From: a virus
Taxonomy: Duplodnaviria; Caudoviricetes
Virus record (IMG/VR): IMGVR_UViG_3300021167_000098
Span: 1 to 64,000 of that record
Direction: 5' to 3' (one strand)
Length of the DNA: 64,000 bases
Below the pieces are notes generated by a model. That model saw only the letters and a list, made by a program, of their open reading frames with translations, made no database searches and was not told the origin of the DNA. Position numbers and translations under genes: made by a program. Below, piece by piece: positions 1 to 9,494 of the stretch (position 1 is the stretch's first letter; every line of letters starts with the position of its first letter).

Positions 1-192
1 ACAATTGTAAGTATAGCAACAGGATCATGTCAGTGTTTTAAAGATTGTGATTGTGCAGCCGATAAAGGTAAGCGTACAGAAAAAATCAAAATATGGTACA
101 GAAACATAAAATTTGACGATACAGGCAAATGCTTTTATAGTGAACCGCATACACCTATTATTGAATCACTGCCAAGCGCACCAATATTATGA
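1..192 (+). CDS. 3' end of a hypothetical protein (partial, Cys-containing)
   Basis: Frame 1 open from the window edge to TGA at 190-192 (TIVSIATGSCQCFKDCDC...PIL*); not in the ORF track. Confidence 0.55.
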   Translation, partial: TIVSIATGSCQCFKDCDCAADKGKRTEKIKIWYRNIKFDDTGKCFYSEPHTPIIESLPSAPIL

Positions 193-250
193 ATATGATG
201 TAATTAAACTTAGAGATTATTTAAATAATGTAATAAATACAATAAAATAA

Positions 251-565
251 ATGGAAAAAGTAATAAGAGATGGTAAAGTAGCAATACTTTATTCACCAGG
301 ATTTGGAGCTGGTTGGTATTCATGGAATACTGATCATAAAGAACTAATATTCCATCCAAAATTAGTTGAACTTGTAGAAGCTGGAAGAGAAAAAGAAATA
401 AATGAGGAATTTGTTAAAGATCTTCTTGGAATAGAACATATATATACTGGTGGAGCAAGTGATTTAGAAATAATATGGCTTGAAGAAGGAACTGCTTTTA
501 CAATATCAGAATATGATGGAAGTGAAAGTGTAGAAACAATAGATGATTTAACAATAGTAGCATAA
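251..565 (+). CDS. conserved hypothetical phage protein
   Basis: 104 aa ORF, A-rich leader; VAILYSPGFGAGW and EYDGSE motifs typical of a small phage protein family. Confidence 0.8.
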   Translation: MEKVIRDGKVAILYSPGFGAGWYSWNTDHKELIFHPKLVELVEAGREKEINEEFVKDLLGIEHIYTGGASDLEIIWLEEGTAFTISEYDGSESVETIDDLTIVA

Positions 566-598
566 TTTTTTAATTTATAACCAATAAAATTTATAAGC

Positions 599-775
599 AT
601 GAGTAACATTGATAGTAATTTGATAGCAGAGAATGAGTGGGGATATAGTTTTGATGATTATTGGGAATTAAAAGACCAAGAGATGAGGGAAAGGATGGAA
701 GCCTTTGAAGAAGTAAGAGAAATAACAGGAAAACAAATAGTGGAAATAGATTACAGTGAGATAGAGATTTTCTAA
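599..775 (+). CDS. small acidic hypothetical protein (58 aa)
   Basis: ATG 599 to TAA 773-775 (MSNIDSNLIAENEWG...IEIF*); fills the gap between co-oriented genes; not in the ORF track. Confidence 0.65.
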   Translation: MSNIDSNLIAENEWGYSFDDYWELKDQEMRERMEAFEEVREITGKQIVEIDYSEIEIF

Positions 776-789
776 TTTCAAAAGTCAAT

Positions 790-1185
790 ATGACAAAAAC
801 AAGAAGTTCTATTGGGAAGAACAATAGAAAGAAAGGTCAACTTTTAGAACAACAAGTAGCTAGGGATATGAGAGATATAGGATACACATTTGCTAAGACA
901 TCTAGGCAAGCATCTAAATTACTGGATAATTGTCAAGTTGATTTAGCATTTATTCCTTATAACGTGCAGACAAAAAATGGTTATAATTCAAACCGCCCCA
1001 AACCAGATATTATATTTTCTGAAATGGGGTTATTGTTGAAACAAAATTTTCCATTAAATGATCCACAACATAATTATCCAAAGATACTAATACATAAATT
1101 ACCAGAAAAAGGAACGTTTGCAACAATAACATATGATTTTTTATTAACTTTGTTAAAAATAAAATTTGATTATGAGCAAAAGTGA
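790..1185 (+). CDS. PD-(D/E)XK nuclease, Holliday junction resolvase-like
   Basis: N-terminal NRKKG..LE..V motif, ..D..VDL and QTK catalytic pattern. Confidence 0.7.
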   Translation: MTKTRSSIGKNNRKKGQLLEQQVARDMRDIGYTFAKTSRQASKLLDNCQVDLAFIPYNVQTKNGYNSNRPKPDIIFSEMGLLLKQNFPLNDPQHNYPKILIHKLPEKGTFATITYDFLLTLLKIKFDYEQK

Positions 1186-2143
1186 TAGAGTAAAAGCATA
1201 TTTTAAGAATCCAGCATTATCTCAATCTGAGATAAAGGCTATATTAAAAGGACCACATCTGGTAAAAATAGTTGAAAATAACCCTAATTATTTTGAAGAA
1301 AGTGAAGCAATGCTGATAGGATCATTAGTAGATGATATGTTTACTTATGACTTACCAGAATTAATGGAACATTATCATGTAGGAGGAATTGAAAAGAAAC
1401 CTTCTGATACAATGGTGTCCATAATAAGAAAAGTATATGATTATAGAATTAGTGACATATTATCTGATAATGTTGAAAATATTTTAATCTTTGCTAGAGA
1501 ACATGGATATGGAAATGGAGGATATAAAGATGATAGAATTGTAAATGACGTAATGAAAAATCTTGAATACTGGAATGAACTTCTATTAATAGGTAATAAA
1601 ACATTGGTATCAACTAATGAATATAACTTAGCATGTAAGATCAATAACAGTATCAGAGAACATGAATATACTAAAGAAATATTTGATAATCCTCATAAGT
1701 TTCAAGTAGATTTATATTTTAAAACAGATGAATTTGAATGTAAAGCATTATTAGACTTATTAGTTTATGATGCTAAAAGAAATGCAATATGTCCATTTGA
1801 CTTTAAAATCACTGGATATAATACACTCTTTAACATACCATTCAATAAATTTAAGTATGGAGTTCAAGCTGAATGGTACACTAATGCAATTTATGCAAAT
1901 AGAGACCATATAGCCAATTTATTTGGTATTCCTAATACATTTACAGTAGATGATTTTAAATTCATTGTAGAGTCTTATTCTAACCCTGGAATGCCTCTAA
2001 TATATGAACTTAAATTAGAGACTATAGTAGATGCTCAGTTAATGATTAGAGAGGGTTTAGATTTATACAAATGGCATAAAACAAATGACATATGGCATAC
2101 ATCTAAAGACATCTATAATTCAAAAGGGAGGTTATCAATATGA
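1166..2143 (+). CDS. PD-(D/E)XK exonuclease (RecE/exonuclease VIII-like)
   Basis: LSQSEIK, GSLVD, KALLD..., DFK, YGVQAEWY motifs. Confidence 0.75.
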   Translation: MIMSKSDRVKAYFKNPALSQSEIKAILKGPHLVKIVENNPNYFEESEAMLIGSLVDDMFTYDLPELMEHYHVGGIEKKPSDTMVSIIRKVYDYRISDILSDNVENILIFAREHGYGNGGYKDDRIVNDVMKNLEYWNELLLIGNKTLVSTNEYNLACKINNSIREHEYTKEIFDNPHKFQVDLYFKTDEFECKALLDLLVYDAKRNAICPFDFKITGYNTLFNIPFNKFKYGVQAEWYTNAIYANRDHIANLFGIPNTFTVDDFKFIVESYSNPGMPLIYELKLETIVDAQLMIREGLDLYKWHKTNDIWHTSKDIYNSKGRLSI

Positions 2144-2700
2144 GTATTGGAAACAGAACTTTAAAATACTTAGGAATAAGTATGCAGACATTACCTGAAA
2201 TTCAGGAATGTTTAAAGGTAATCCTTGATAAGAAACCAAAGGATTACATGGGAATATATATTAATGATTCACAATACATAGCTGTAGATGAATCAGATAA
2301 CTATTTATTTTTAAAGGTATCAGAGAAAGCATGTGATTATATTGTATCTAAAGCAGAAGAATTTGTAATTGATTATTACAAAGATATTGATGGTATTAAT
2401 ATGATTATTGTTGTTGAACCAAAGATTGGAAATCCAGAATGGAAAAAGAATTTTGCTAATGGGCATTACTCTAAGATTTATGATGCAGACCAGCTGTATA
2501 AATTTAAATTAGATGGTGATACTCCTTTTCAAGTAAGCAGAAATGCAGTTCTAAAGAAAAAAGAAGAATATTGGGATGAATTTAAACAAATTTTAGATAA
2601 AGAATTTGGAGGAGTAAGGATGGATGAGGAGTATGATGGTAGAGAATTAGATTTACCTCCAAGATTAAGTGAAGAAATTTTAAACTATAAACCAATGTAA
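2140..2700 (+). CDS. hypothetical protein
   Basis: 186 aa ORF, ATGA overlap with the upstream gene. Confidence 0.75.
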   Translation: MSIGNRTLKYLGISMQTLPEIQECLKVILDKKPKDYMGIYINDSQYIAVDESDNYLFLKVSEKACDYIVSKAEEFVIDYYKDIDGINMIIVVEPKIGNPEWKKNFANGHYSKIYDADQLYKFKLDGDTPFQVSRNAVLKKKEEYWDEFKQILDKEFGGVRMDEEYDGRELDLPPRLSEEILNYKPM

Positions 2701-2703
2701 CAA

Positions 2704-3225
2704 ATGGGATTAGACATGTATTTGAGGAGGAAAGTTTATGTGGGTGCTAATTATGAGCACAATAAAGTTGAAATAGACATTAGTATCAAAAAAGATGGAA
2801 AAGAACTTAAAATAAATAAAGGTAGGATTACTTATATTGAAGAAGAAGCTGCATATTGGAGGAAGTCAAATCAAATCCATCAATGGTTTGTAACTAATGT
2901 TCAAGATGGAGAAGATAATTGTTCTTCTTATTATGTATCAAATGAACAAATAAAAGATCTTATTGATACTTGTAAAAAAGTTAGAGATTCATTAGTTAGT
3001 TCAGAAACTAAAGAAATTGAAATAGATGAATATGGAAGAAAAGATAAAGTAACAATATTTGTAAATACAGATGTTGCTGAAAATTTATTACCTTCTCAAT
3101 CTGGATTTTTCTTTGGTTCTACACATTATGATCAGTGGTATTTAAATGATATAGAACATACAATTGAACAGTTAGAAAGTCTTGATTTGGAAGAATCAGA
3201 ATATGAATATCAAGCAAGCTGGTAA
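2704..3225 (+). CDS. conserved hypothetical phage protein (MGLDMYL family)
   Basis: MGLDMYL start, YWRK.NQIH.WF, LP.QSGFFFG, YQASW end. Confidence 0.8.
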   Translation: MGLDMYLRRKVYVGANYEHNKVEIDISIKKDGKELKINKGRITYIEEEAAYWRKSNQIHQWFVTNVQDGEDNCSSYYVSNEQIKDLIDTCKKVRDSLVSSETKEIEIDEYGRKDKVTIFVNTDVAENLLPSQSGFFFGSTHYDQWYLNDIEHTIEQLESLDLEESEYEYQASW

Positions 3226-3226
3226 T

Positions 3227-3403
3227 ATGGAAAAAGAAATAAAAAAGTGTGAAAAATGTGGATGGAGAGGATATGAAGATGAATTACAAGTTAATCCAGT
3301 ATCATTAGATGGAGGAGAAGATGTAACATTTATTAAAGTATGTCCTAAATGTAATGATGAAGATTATTTAATAGATCCTTGGGAAGATGATTCAGAAGGT
3401 TAA
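3227..3403 (+). CDS. small zinc-ribbon protein
   Basis: CEKC...CPKC; ATG at 3227 directly after the upstream stop is preferred to the TTG at 3182. Confidence 0.7.
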   Translation: MEKEIKKCEKCGWRGYEDELQVNPVSLDGGEDVTFIKVCPKCNDEDYLIDPWEDDSEG

Positions 3404-3596
3404 TATAGATGATTTAATTCATGACTTAGCAGTTAATGAATTAATGGGAGAAATGGATGACTTCTTCCATGAGGAGTTTACTCTTTATATAAATGGAGAT
3501 TCTGATATTAAAGAAATTAAACCAGAATATGAAGATTTATATCATAATTATCTTAGAAAGTATAGAGAGATAGTTCAAAAAAATGTAATAAAATAA
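3387..3596 (+). CDS. hypothetical protein
   Basis: 69 aa ORF in operon context. Confidence 0.65.
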   Translation: MIQKVNIDDLIHDLAVNELMGEMDDFFHEEFTLYINGDSDIKEIKPEYEDLYHNYLRKYREIVQKNVIK

Positions 3597-3616
3597 TAGA
3601 ATAAAATAAATTAAAA

Positions 3617-4003
3617 ATGAAAAGAAGATTAGTAGTTATCTTCTTCTTGTGCTTATACTCCTTAGTGGGTATGGCACAGGAAGTTAAGATATATCCAGAA
3701 AGAACAGTTTATTACAAGTCAGGAATAAATAATGAATTAGTATGGGTAAGTGAAGAAAATTATATAAAAGAATTAACTTGGTTTCAATACAATGAAACTT
3801 ATATTAGTTTAAATTTCTATATTGGAGAATATAGATATACATATTTTTTTGATTATGAATATTCTGAAACAAAGAATTTTGATGAGGAAATACAGTACTG
3901 GCGTAGTGCTGTTAATAATGCATTAATGGTAGTGGAAGATAGTACAATTACTATTTACAGTTTTAGAGATTCCTGGGCAGTGGTTTTCCACATTATTGAG
4001 TAA
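3617..4003 (+). CDS. putative secreted protein
   Basis: MKRR + hydrophobic stretch + GMA/Q signal-peptide-like cleavage site. Confidence 0.65.
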   Translation: MKRRLVVIFFLCLYSLVGMAQEVKIYPERTVYYKSGINNELVWVSEENYIKELTWFQYNETYISLNFYIGEYRYTYFFDYEYSETKNFDEEIQYWRSAVNNALMVVEDSTITIYSFRDSWAVVFHIIE

Positions 4004-4006
4004 TAT

Positions 4007-5863
4007 ATGAGTACTTATGAGGTTTATGATTTAGAAACCTACAGAAATCAATTTCTCTATTGTTGTATGGATTTGCTTGACCAGAAGATACAAATCTTTG
4101 AAGTCAGTAATGAAATAGATGATAGAGAATTGATTTTTGATCATTTAAAATTAATTACACATCAGATTGGATATAATAATAAAGAGTTTGATTATCCAGT
4201 AATAGATTATATACTTCAGAATAAATCCAAATTATTATTAGTTAAGCCAGAAGACTTTGCATGGATGATACATGAAAGAGCTAATGAAATTATCCAAAAT
4301 AATGAATTCTTTAGAGGAAGACCAAAGATTAAGCAATTAGATTTATATAAACTAAATCACTTTGATAGATTTAAAATCTCTTTAAAGTATTGTGGATTTG
4401 GTCTAAGAATGCCAGTATTACAAGATTTACCAGTAAGTCATGATGCTTTATTGACATCTGATCAGATGGCTACTATGAGAACTTATAACATTAATGATGT
4501 AGAAACCACTTATGCACTCTATCTTAAATCTAAACCTCTGATTGAAATGAGAAATAGATCAACACAAGATTTAGGTATTGATTGTAGTTCTATGTCTAAT
4601 ACAGCAGTTGCAAGAAATACTTTTATTCAGAAGTATTGTCAATTATCTGGTATGAATAAATATGAGTTAAAAGACTTATCTACACATCATACTGTACTTA
4701 GATTAAGAGATGTTATAGATAAGAAAGTTAGTTTTAAAACTCCAAAATATCAGAAATTATTAGAAGATTTAATGAAGGATGAAACTAACATTGTTTATGA
4801 TAAATTTGAATATAAGTTTACTTGTAATACTATAGTTTGTGATATTAAAAAAGGTGGTTTACACTCTCTTCATAATCCTGGATATTTTACTAATAAAGAG
4901 ATGTATCTTGATGATGAAGATTTTAGTTCTTACTATCCATACTTAATTTTATCTTTAGGTATTTGTCCTGCACATCTTGATCCTGTCTATTTCCTTAAAT
5001 TAATGAGAGAAATAGTAGAAGCTAAGATGAATTATCAGAAAGCTGGAGATAAAATAGGTACAATGAATGCTAAGATTTCAGCAAATAGTGTATTTGGATT
5101 ACTATCTTCTGATGGAAGTCCTATTAAAGACCTTAAATGTCTTTACCAAACAACCATTAATGGAGAATTATTCCTACTTATGTTATGTGAACAACTGGAA
5201 ATGATTGAAGGTGTTCAACTAAAGTATCAAAATACTGATGGTGTTATGATACAATATGGTGAAAAAGCTAAGAATCAAGCCAAGAAAGTAATTGAAGACT
5301 TTGCAATATTCATTAATATTCCTTTAGAATCAGTTCCTATGAAAGCTATTTATCTGGAGAGTGTATCTTCTTATATTGCTATTAAAGAAAATGGTGAAGT
5401 TAAAAGAAAAGGTAGTTTTGCTAAGATAGGAGATAAGACATTGAAGGATGATTCATCAGCTAATATTGTAGCTATAGCATTAGAAGAGTATTTTGTTAAT
5501 GGAACTCCAGTTAAACAAACTGTTGAGAATCATAATGATATATTTGACTTTTATATTGGAGTTAAGAAGTTTGAAAATCAGACTTATATGAACTCACAAC
5601 TTATTATGGGAGATAATTATGAAACACTTTATCATGATAAGGTACTTAGATTTTATGTAACAACATCTAGTTCAGTTATAACCAAACTGTATGATTCTGG
5701 TAAAAGAGAGTCTGTTATTAAAGGTTATAATACACAAGTAGCTCAGGTTCATGAAGATATGCCTATGAAAGACTATAAAATCAACTATAAATATTACATA
5801 AACCAAGCCAATAAAATTATTGACAAAATATTTTTATGTGATTCAGAGATAAATTTTGAATAA
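4007..5863 (+). CDS. family B DNA polymerase with 3'-5' exonuclease domain
   Basis: Exo motifs YDLET, GYNNKEFD, YNINDV; Pol motifs DFSSYYP, KISANSVFG, NTDG. Confidence 0.93.
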   Translation: MSTYEVYDLETYRNQFLYCCMDLLDQKIQIFEVSNEIDDRELIFDHLKLITHQIGYNNKEFDYPVIDYILQNKSKLLLVKPEDFAWMIHERANEIIQNNEFFRGRPKIKQLDLYKLNHFDRFKISLKYCGFGLRMPVLQDLPVSHDALLTSDQMATMRTYNINDVETTYALYLKSKPLIEMRNRSTQDLGIDCSSMSNTAVARNTFIQKYCQLSGMNKYELKDLSTHHTVLRLRDVIDKKVSFKTPKYQKLLEDLMKDETNIVYDKFEYKFTCNTIVCDIKKGGLHSLHNPGYFTNKEMYLDDEDFSSYYPYLILSLGICPAHLDPVYFLKLMREIVEAKMNYQKAGDKIGTMNAKISANSVFGLLSSDGSPIKDLKCLYQTTINGELFLLMLCEQLEMIEGVQLKYQNTDGVMIQYGEKAKNQAKKVIEDFAIFINIPLESVPMKAIYLESVSSYIAIKENGEVKRKGSFAKIGDKTLKDDSSANIVAIALEEYFVNGTPVKQTVENHNDIFDFYIGVKKFENQTYMNSQLIMGDNYETLYHDKVLRFYVTTSSSVITKLYDSGKRESVIKGYNTQVAQVHEDMPMKDYKINYKYYINQANKIIDKIFLCDSEINFE

Positions 5864-5869
5864 TACTCT

Positions 5870-5877
5870 TATATTTG
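5870..5877 (+). promoter_or_regulatory. putative Bacteroidota sigma-A -7 promoter element (TAnnTTTG)
   Basis: TATATTTG in the short intergenic gap, 16 nt before the ATG at 5894; no well-spaced -33 TTTG seen. Confidence 0.5.
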
Positions 5878-5893
5878 TGGAAAAATATAAACA

Positions 5894-6385
5894 ATGAGTA
5901 AATTTAATTTTTTAGATGGTGACATCAATTCTGACATGGTTAGACAAGTAATGGATGTATATAACTCACATGAGCCAGAATATGTCTTTTATTTAGATTC
6001 CCCAGGTGGTGAATCATGTAATGGTAGGGTTATTAATGATCTTTTTGACATGCATAAAGATTGTACAACACTAATTGCTAGTGGATCAATATCATCAATG
6101 GCATTAATAATCTTTTTCCAAGCTAAATGTCATAAAATACTAATGCCACAAACAGTTGGATTAGCACATAAAACAATGGTATATACTACTTTTAATAGTA
6201 GTGGACCAACACAAGTATATGATAAAATGGTTTATGAAGGACTTGTAAATGCAGATAAGAATAATTATGAGTTATATAAGAACATTGGATTTAATAAGAA
6301 AGAACTAGCAGATTTTGAAAAAGGAATTGATGTTTTATTACCATATGAAAGAATGAAAGAATTATTAAAAAAGAATAAAAAATAA
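5894..6385 (+). CDS. ClpP-like serine protease
   Basis: FYLDSPGG, SSMA (Ser), LAH (His), GID (Asp) in ClpP order. Confidence 0.75.
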   Translation: MSKFNFLDGDINSDMVRQVMDVYNSHEPEYVFYLDSPGGESCNGRVINDLFDMHKDCTTLIASGSISSMALIIFFQAKCHKILMPQTVGLAHKTMVYTTFNSSGPTQVYDKMVYEGLVNADKNNYELYKNIGFNKKELADFEKGIDVLLPYERMKELLKKNKK

Positions 6386-6386
6386 A

Positions 6387-6935
6387 ATGAAATTAAGTGA
6401 ATATCAATTAGCAGCTATTAGAACAATGGCTGAAAAAGACAATAAACGTGACAACTTAATCCATATGGAGGCTGGTGTTATTGGAGAAATTGGAGAATTA
6501 GTAGATTGTTTTAAGAAAACATTTGCTTATGGTAAGGAATTTGATAAAGTAAATGCAGGAGAAGAGATTGCTGATGCAATGTGGTATTTAGCTAATACAG
6601 CCAATATACAAGGAATCTATCTAAAAGATGAAGTTATTAATCAATATGAGAAAGTATTTGATTTTGATTTAGCATTTGAATTTTCAAGAAGAGCAATATC
6701 TCAAATAGATATGGTATATACTCAATATAATCCATCTGAGGCAAGTATTAACTACTTTATATATAGATTAGTTATTATTGCTGATTATTTACAGATAGAT
6801 TTTGAAGAGATATTAGAATCAAATATCAATAAATTAAAACATAGATTTCCTGATAAGTTCTCTAGTGAGAAAGCATTGAATAGAGACTTAGAAGGAGAAA
6901 GAAAAATATTAGAAGGGGAAACAATTAAAATTTAA
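6387..6935 (+). CDS. MazG-like nucleotide pyrophosphohydrolase
   Basis: GEIGELVD, EEIADAMWY, NINKLKHRFP motifs. Confidence 0.85.
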   Translation: MKLSEYQLAAIRTMAEKDNKRDNLIHMEAGVIGEIGELVDCFKKTFAYGKEFDKVNAGEEIADAMWYLANTANIQGIYLKDEVINQYEKVFDFDLAFEFSRRAISQIDMVYTQYNPSEASINYFIYRLVIIADYLQIDFEEILESNINKLKHRFPDKFSSEKALNRDLEGERKILEGETIKI

Positions 6936-6939
6936 ATAA

Positions 6940-8244
6940 ATGTTTATATTAAGCAAAGACAATTCAGAAAATTATAATGCAAGAGTATTTAAGTTAGATG
7001 CACCAGAAGTACATCCTAATGCAGATAAACTTCAAATATTCAGATTAAATCACCAACAGGTGATTACTAACCTGGATTACACAAAGGGAGAATTAGTAGT
7101 ATTCTTTCCAATAGGATGTTGTATTAATACAGACCTTGTAAGTTTCTTTAATGGTTTCTCTGATTCTTCTATGAATGCAGATAAAGTTACTAAAGGTTTC
7201 TTTGAGAAGAAAGGAAGAGTGAGGGCTATACGGCTCAGGGGTGAGAAAGTAGAAGGATTTATACTTCCAGCACAAGTAGTAATGGATTTCTTAAAGATCA
7301 ATTTACCTCCAATAGAAGGTACTATATTTGATTCTTATGGAGATATTATACTTTGTAAGAAATATGTAGCACCTAGTAAAAATAGTGGAACTAACTTAGG
7401 AGGAAGCAATAAGAAAAGAGAAAGATCATTAAAAGACATGATGATTGAAGGACAATTCAAATTCCATGTTAAAACTCCTAATCTTAAAAATACTACTAAA
7501 CAGTTAATGGGTTATAAAGACAGAAATGTATCTGTAACTTATAAAGTTCATGGAACTTCTGCTATATTTAGTAATGTATTAGTACAAAGAGTTTTAAGCT
7601 GGTATGAAAAGGTTTTAATCTATTTTGGTGTAAGTGTACCAACTACTGAATATAAGCCTGTATATGCCTCAAGACAAGTCATTAAAGGTACTGTTGATAA
7701 TGAATTACAAAAAGAAGGTTTCTATAAAACTAATGTTTGGAAAGAGACTTTTGATAGAATAATGGATAAAGGTGGAATACCTGAAGGTTATACTATCTAT
7801 GGAGAAATTGTTGGATTTACATCTGATAATGGCTACATACAAGGTAAATATGATTATGGATGTGCTGAGAAAGAAAGTAAACTTTTAGTTTATAGAGTTA
7901 CTCAAACTAATCCTGAAGGAAAAGTAATTGAATTAACCTGGGCACAGATTAAACAATTCTGTAGAAAGTATGATCTTGAGTTTGTACCTGAATTTTATGA
8001 AGGTAATTTAGGATTATTCTTGAAAAAGAACAAGATTACTAGTGAAGTTAAGTTAATTGAGAAGTTAACAGATTTATACAATCTTGAAGATAATTGCTAT
8101 ATGTGCAAGAACCCTGTACCAACAGAAGGAATAGTAATTAAAGTAGATGATTTAGATGAATGTTTAGTATTCAAATTAAAATCATTTGCTTTCTTACAAC
8201 TAGAAAATACTTTAGAAGAAGCAACTATTGAAGATTTAAATTAA
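6940..8244 (+). CDS. ATP-dependent RNA ligase (DRB0094/Rnl2-like) with N-terminal tRNA-binding OB-like domain
   Basis: HPNADKL...RLRG OB-fold motifs; KVHGT motif I, YGEIVG, EGIVIK, FKLKS. Confidence 0.88.
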   Translation: MFILSKDNSENYNARVFKLDAPEVHPNADKLQIFRLNHQQVITNLDYTKGELVVFFPIGCCINTDLVSFFNGFSDSSMNADKVTKGFFEKKGRVRAIRLRGEKVEGFILPAQVVMDFLKINLPPIEGTIFDSYGDIILCKKYVAPSKNSGTNLGGSNKKRERSLKDMMIEGQFKFHVKTPNLKNTTKQLMGYKDRNVSVTYKVHGTSAIFSNVLVQRVLSWYEKVLIYFGVSVPTTEYKPVYASRQVIKGTVDNELQKEGFYKTNVWKETFDRIMDKGGIPEGYTIYGEIVGFTSDNGYIQGKYDYGCAEKESKLLVYRVTQTNPEGKVIELTWAQIKQFCRKYDLEFVPEFYEGNLGLFLKKNKITSEVKLIEKLTDLYNLEDNCYMCKNPVPTEGIVIKVDDLDECLVFKLKSFAFLQLENTLEEATIEDLN

Positions 8245-8268
8245 GTTGTAGTTTAATAAGTGTGTTTT

Positions 8269-8296
8269 AAGGGAGGTGCTTTTGCCTCCCTTTTTT
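8269..8296 (+). terminator. intrinsic terminator
   Basis: gggagg-tgcttttg-cctccc hairpin followed by a T tract. Confidence 0.8.
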
Positions 8297-8317
8297 ATTA
8301 ACATAAAATAAAGAAAT

Positions 8318-8809
8318 ATGAGTAAAACAATAACAATTCTTGTTGCTAAATCTGGATCAGGTAAATCAACATATGCTAATCGGATTGTAATATCTAATCC
8401 ATGGACATTTATTATTAATAGAGATTCAATAAGAAGAGCTATTGTAGGAAACTTAGATAATTACTATGAAAGAGATAACATCAATGGATTAGAAATGATA
8501 GTTAATAATATAGAAGATGCATTATTTGAGAATTATGCTGAAAGAAATTATTCTATTATTATTGATAATACAAATCTAAAACAGAAGTTTGTTAAGAAAT
8601 GGATTGATTTAGCTAGATATTATCATTACAATGTAAGATTTAAGATATTTGATCTTCCTGCTGAAATATGTAAGGAAAGAGTAATGGAAAGAGATTTTGC
8701 TGGTAGAACAACACCACAATTAGTTGAATATATAGATATTCAAGATAAACAATTTCATTCTATTGTAGAATGGATTAATAAAAATTATAAAGATAAAATA
8801 TTAGAATAA
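8318..8809 (+). CDS. polynucleotide 5'-kinase (T4 PseT kinase-like P-loop)
   Basis: AKSGSGKST Walker A, INRDSIR, IIIDNTNL, CKERVMERD lid. Confidence 0.88.
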   Translation: MSKTITILVAKSGSGKSTYANRIVISNPWTFIINRDSIRRAIVGNLDNYYERDNINGLEMIVNNIEDALFENYAERNYSIIIDNTNLKQKFVKKWIDLARYYHYNVRFKIFDLPAEICKERVMERDFAGRTTPQLVEYIDIQDKQFHSIVEWINKNYKDKILE

Positions 8810-9489
8810 TGGAGAAGCAACAAGTTTGGCTATCAAGTGATTGGCACGGATTTCATAAAAATATTTGTAAAGGTTCATCTTCCTGGGATAGTAATAGAAA
8901 TGATAATAATGGTCAATCTTGTAGAGACTTTAAAGATGAATTTGAAATGACAGATGTGTTAATTGATACAATTAATAAATATGTTAAAGAAAATGATATT
9001 ATATATTTTCTGGGAGATTTTACCTTCGGGGGCTTAGATAAAATATATAAATTTAGAAAGAGAATAAACTGTAAAACAATACATTTCTTCTATGGCAACC
9101 ATGACCATCACATTGAAAATAATAGATTTATATTAGATGATAATGGAGATAAGATACAAATAGATAATCATGGAAATTTCTTAAGAACTCAAGATCTTTT
9201 TGCATCTGTTCAATATGTTGGAGAAATTAAAGTAAATGGAATTACTGTGTTTTGTTCGCACTATGCTCATAGATGTTGGAACAAGTCTCACAAAGGCAGA
9301 CCACATGCATATGGACATTCACATAATTCATTAGAATATGAAGAATGGGGCAAGAGCCTTGACGTAGGAATTGATTCTGCTTTTGCTAGATTTGGAGAAT
9401 ATAGACCATTTAATTTTAATGAATTTATGGAAATTGTAAACAAGAGAGATGTTAAAATTATAGATCATCATCAGTCACATACAAACTAA
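8809..9489 (+). CDS. calcineurin-like metallophosphoesterase
   Basis: SDWH, LGDF, GNHD, SHY, GHSH, DVGID. Confidence 0.9.
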   Translation: MEKQQVWLSSDWHGFHKNICKGSSSWDSNRNDNNGQSCRDFKDEFEMTDVLIDTINKYVKENDIIYFLGDFTFGGLDKIYKFRKRINCKTIHFFYGNHDHHIENNRFILDDNGDKIQIDNHGNFLRTQDLFASVQYVGEIKVNGITVFCSHYAHRCWNKSHKGRPHAYGHSHNSLEYEEWGKSLDVGIDSAFARFGEYRPFNFNEFMEIVNKRDVKIIDHHQSHTN

Positions 9490-9494
9490 ACAAT

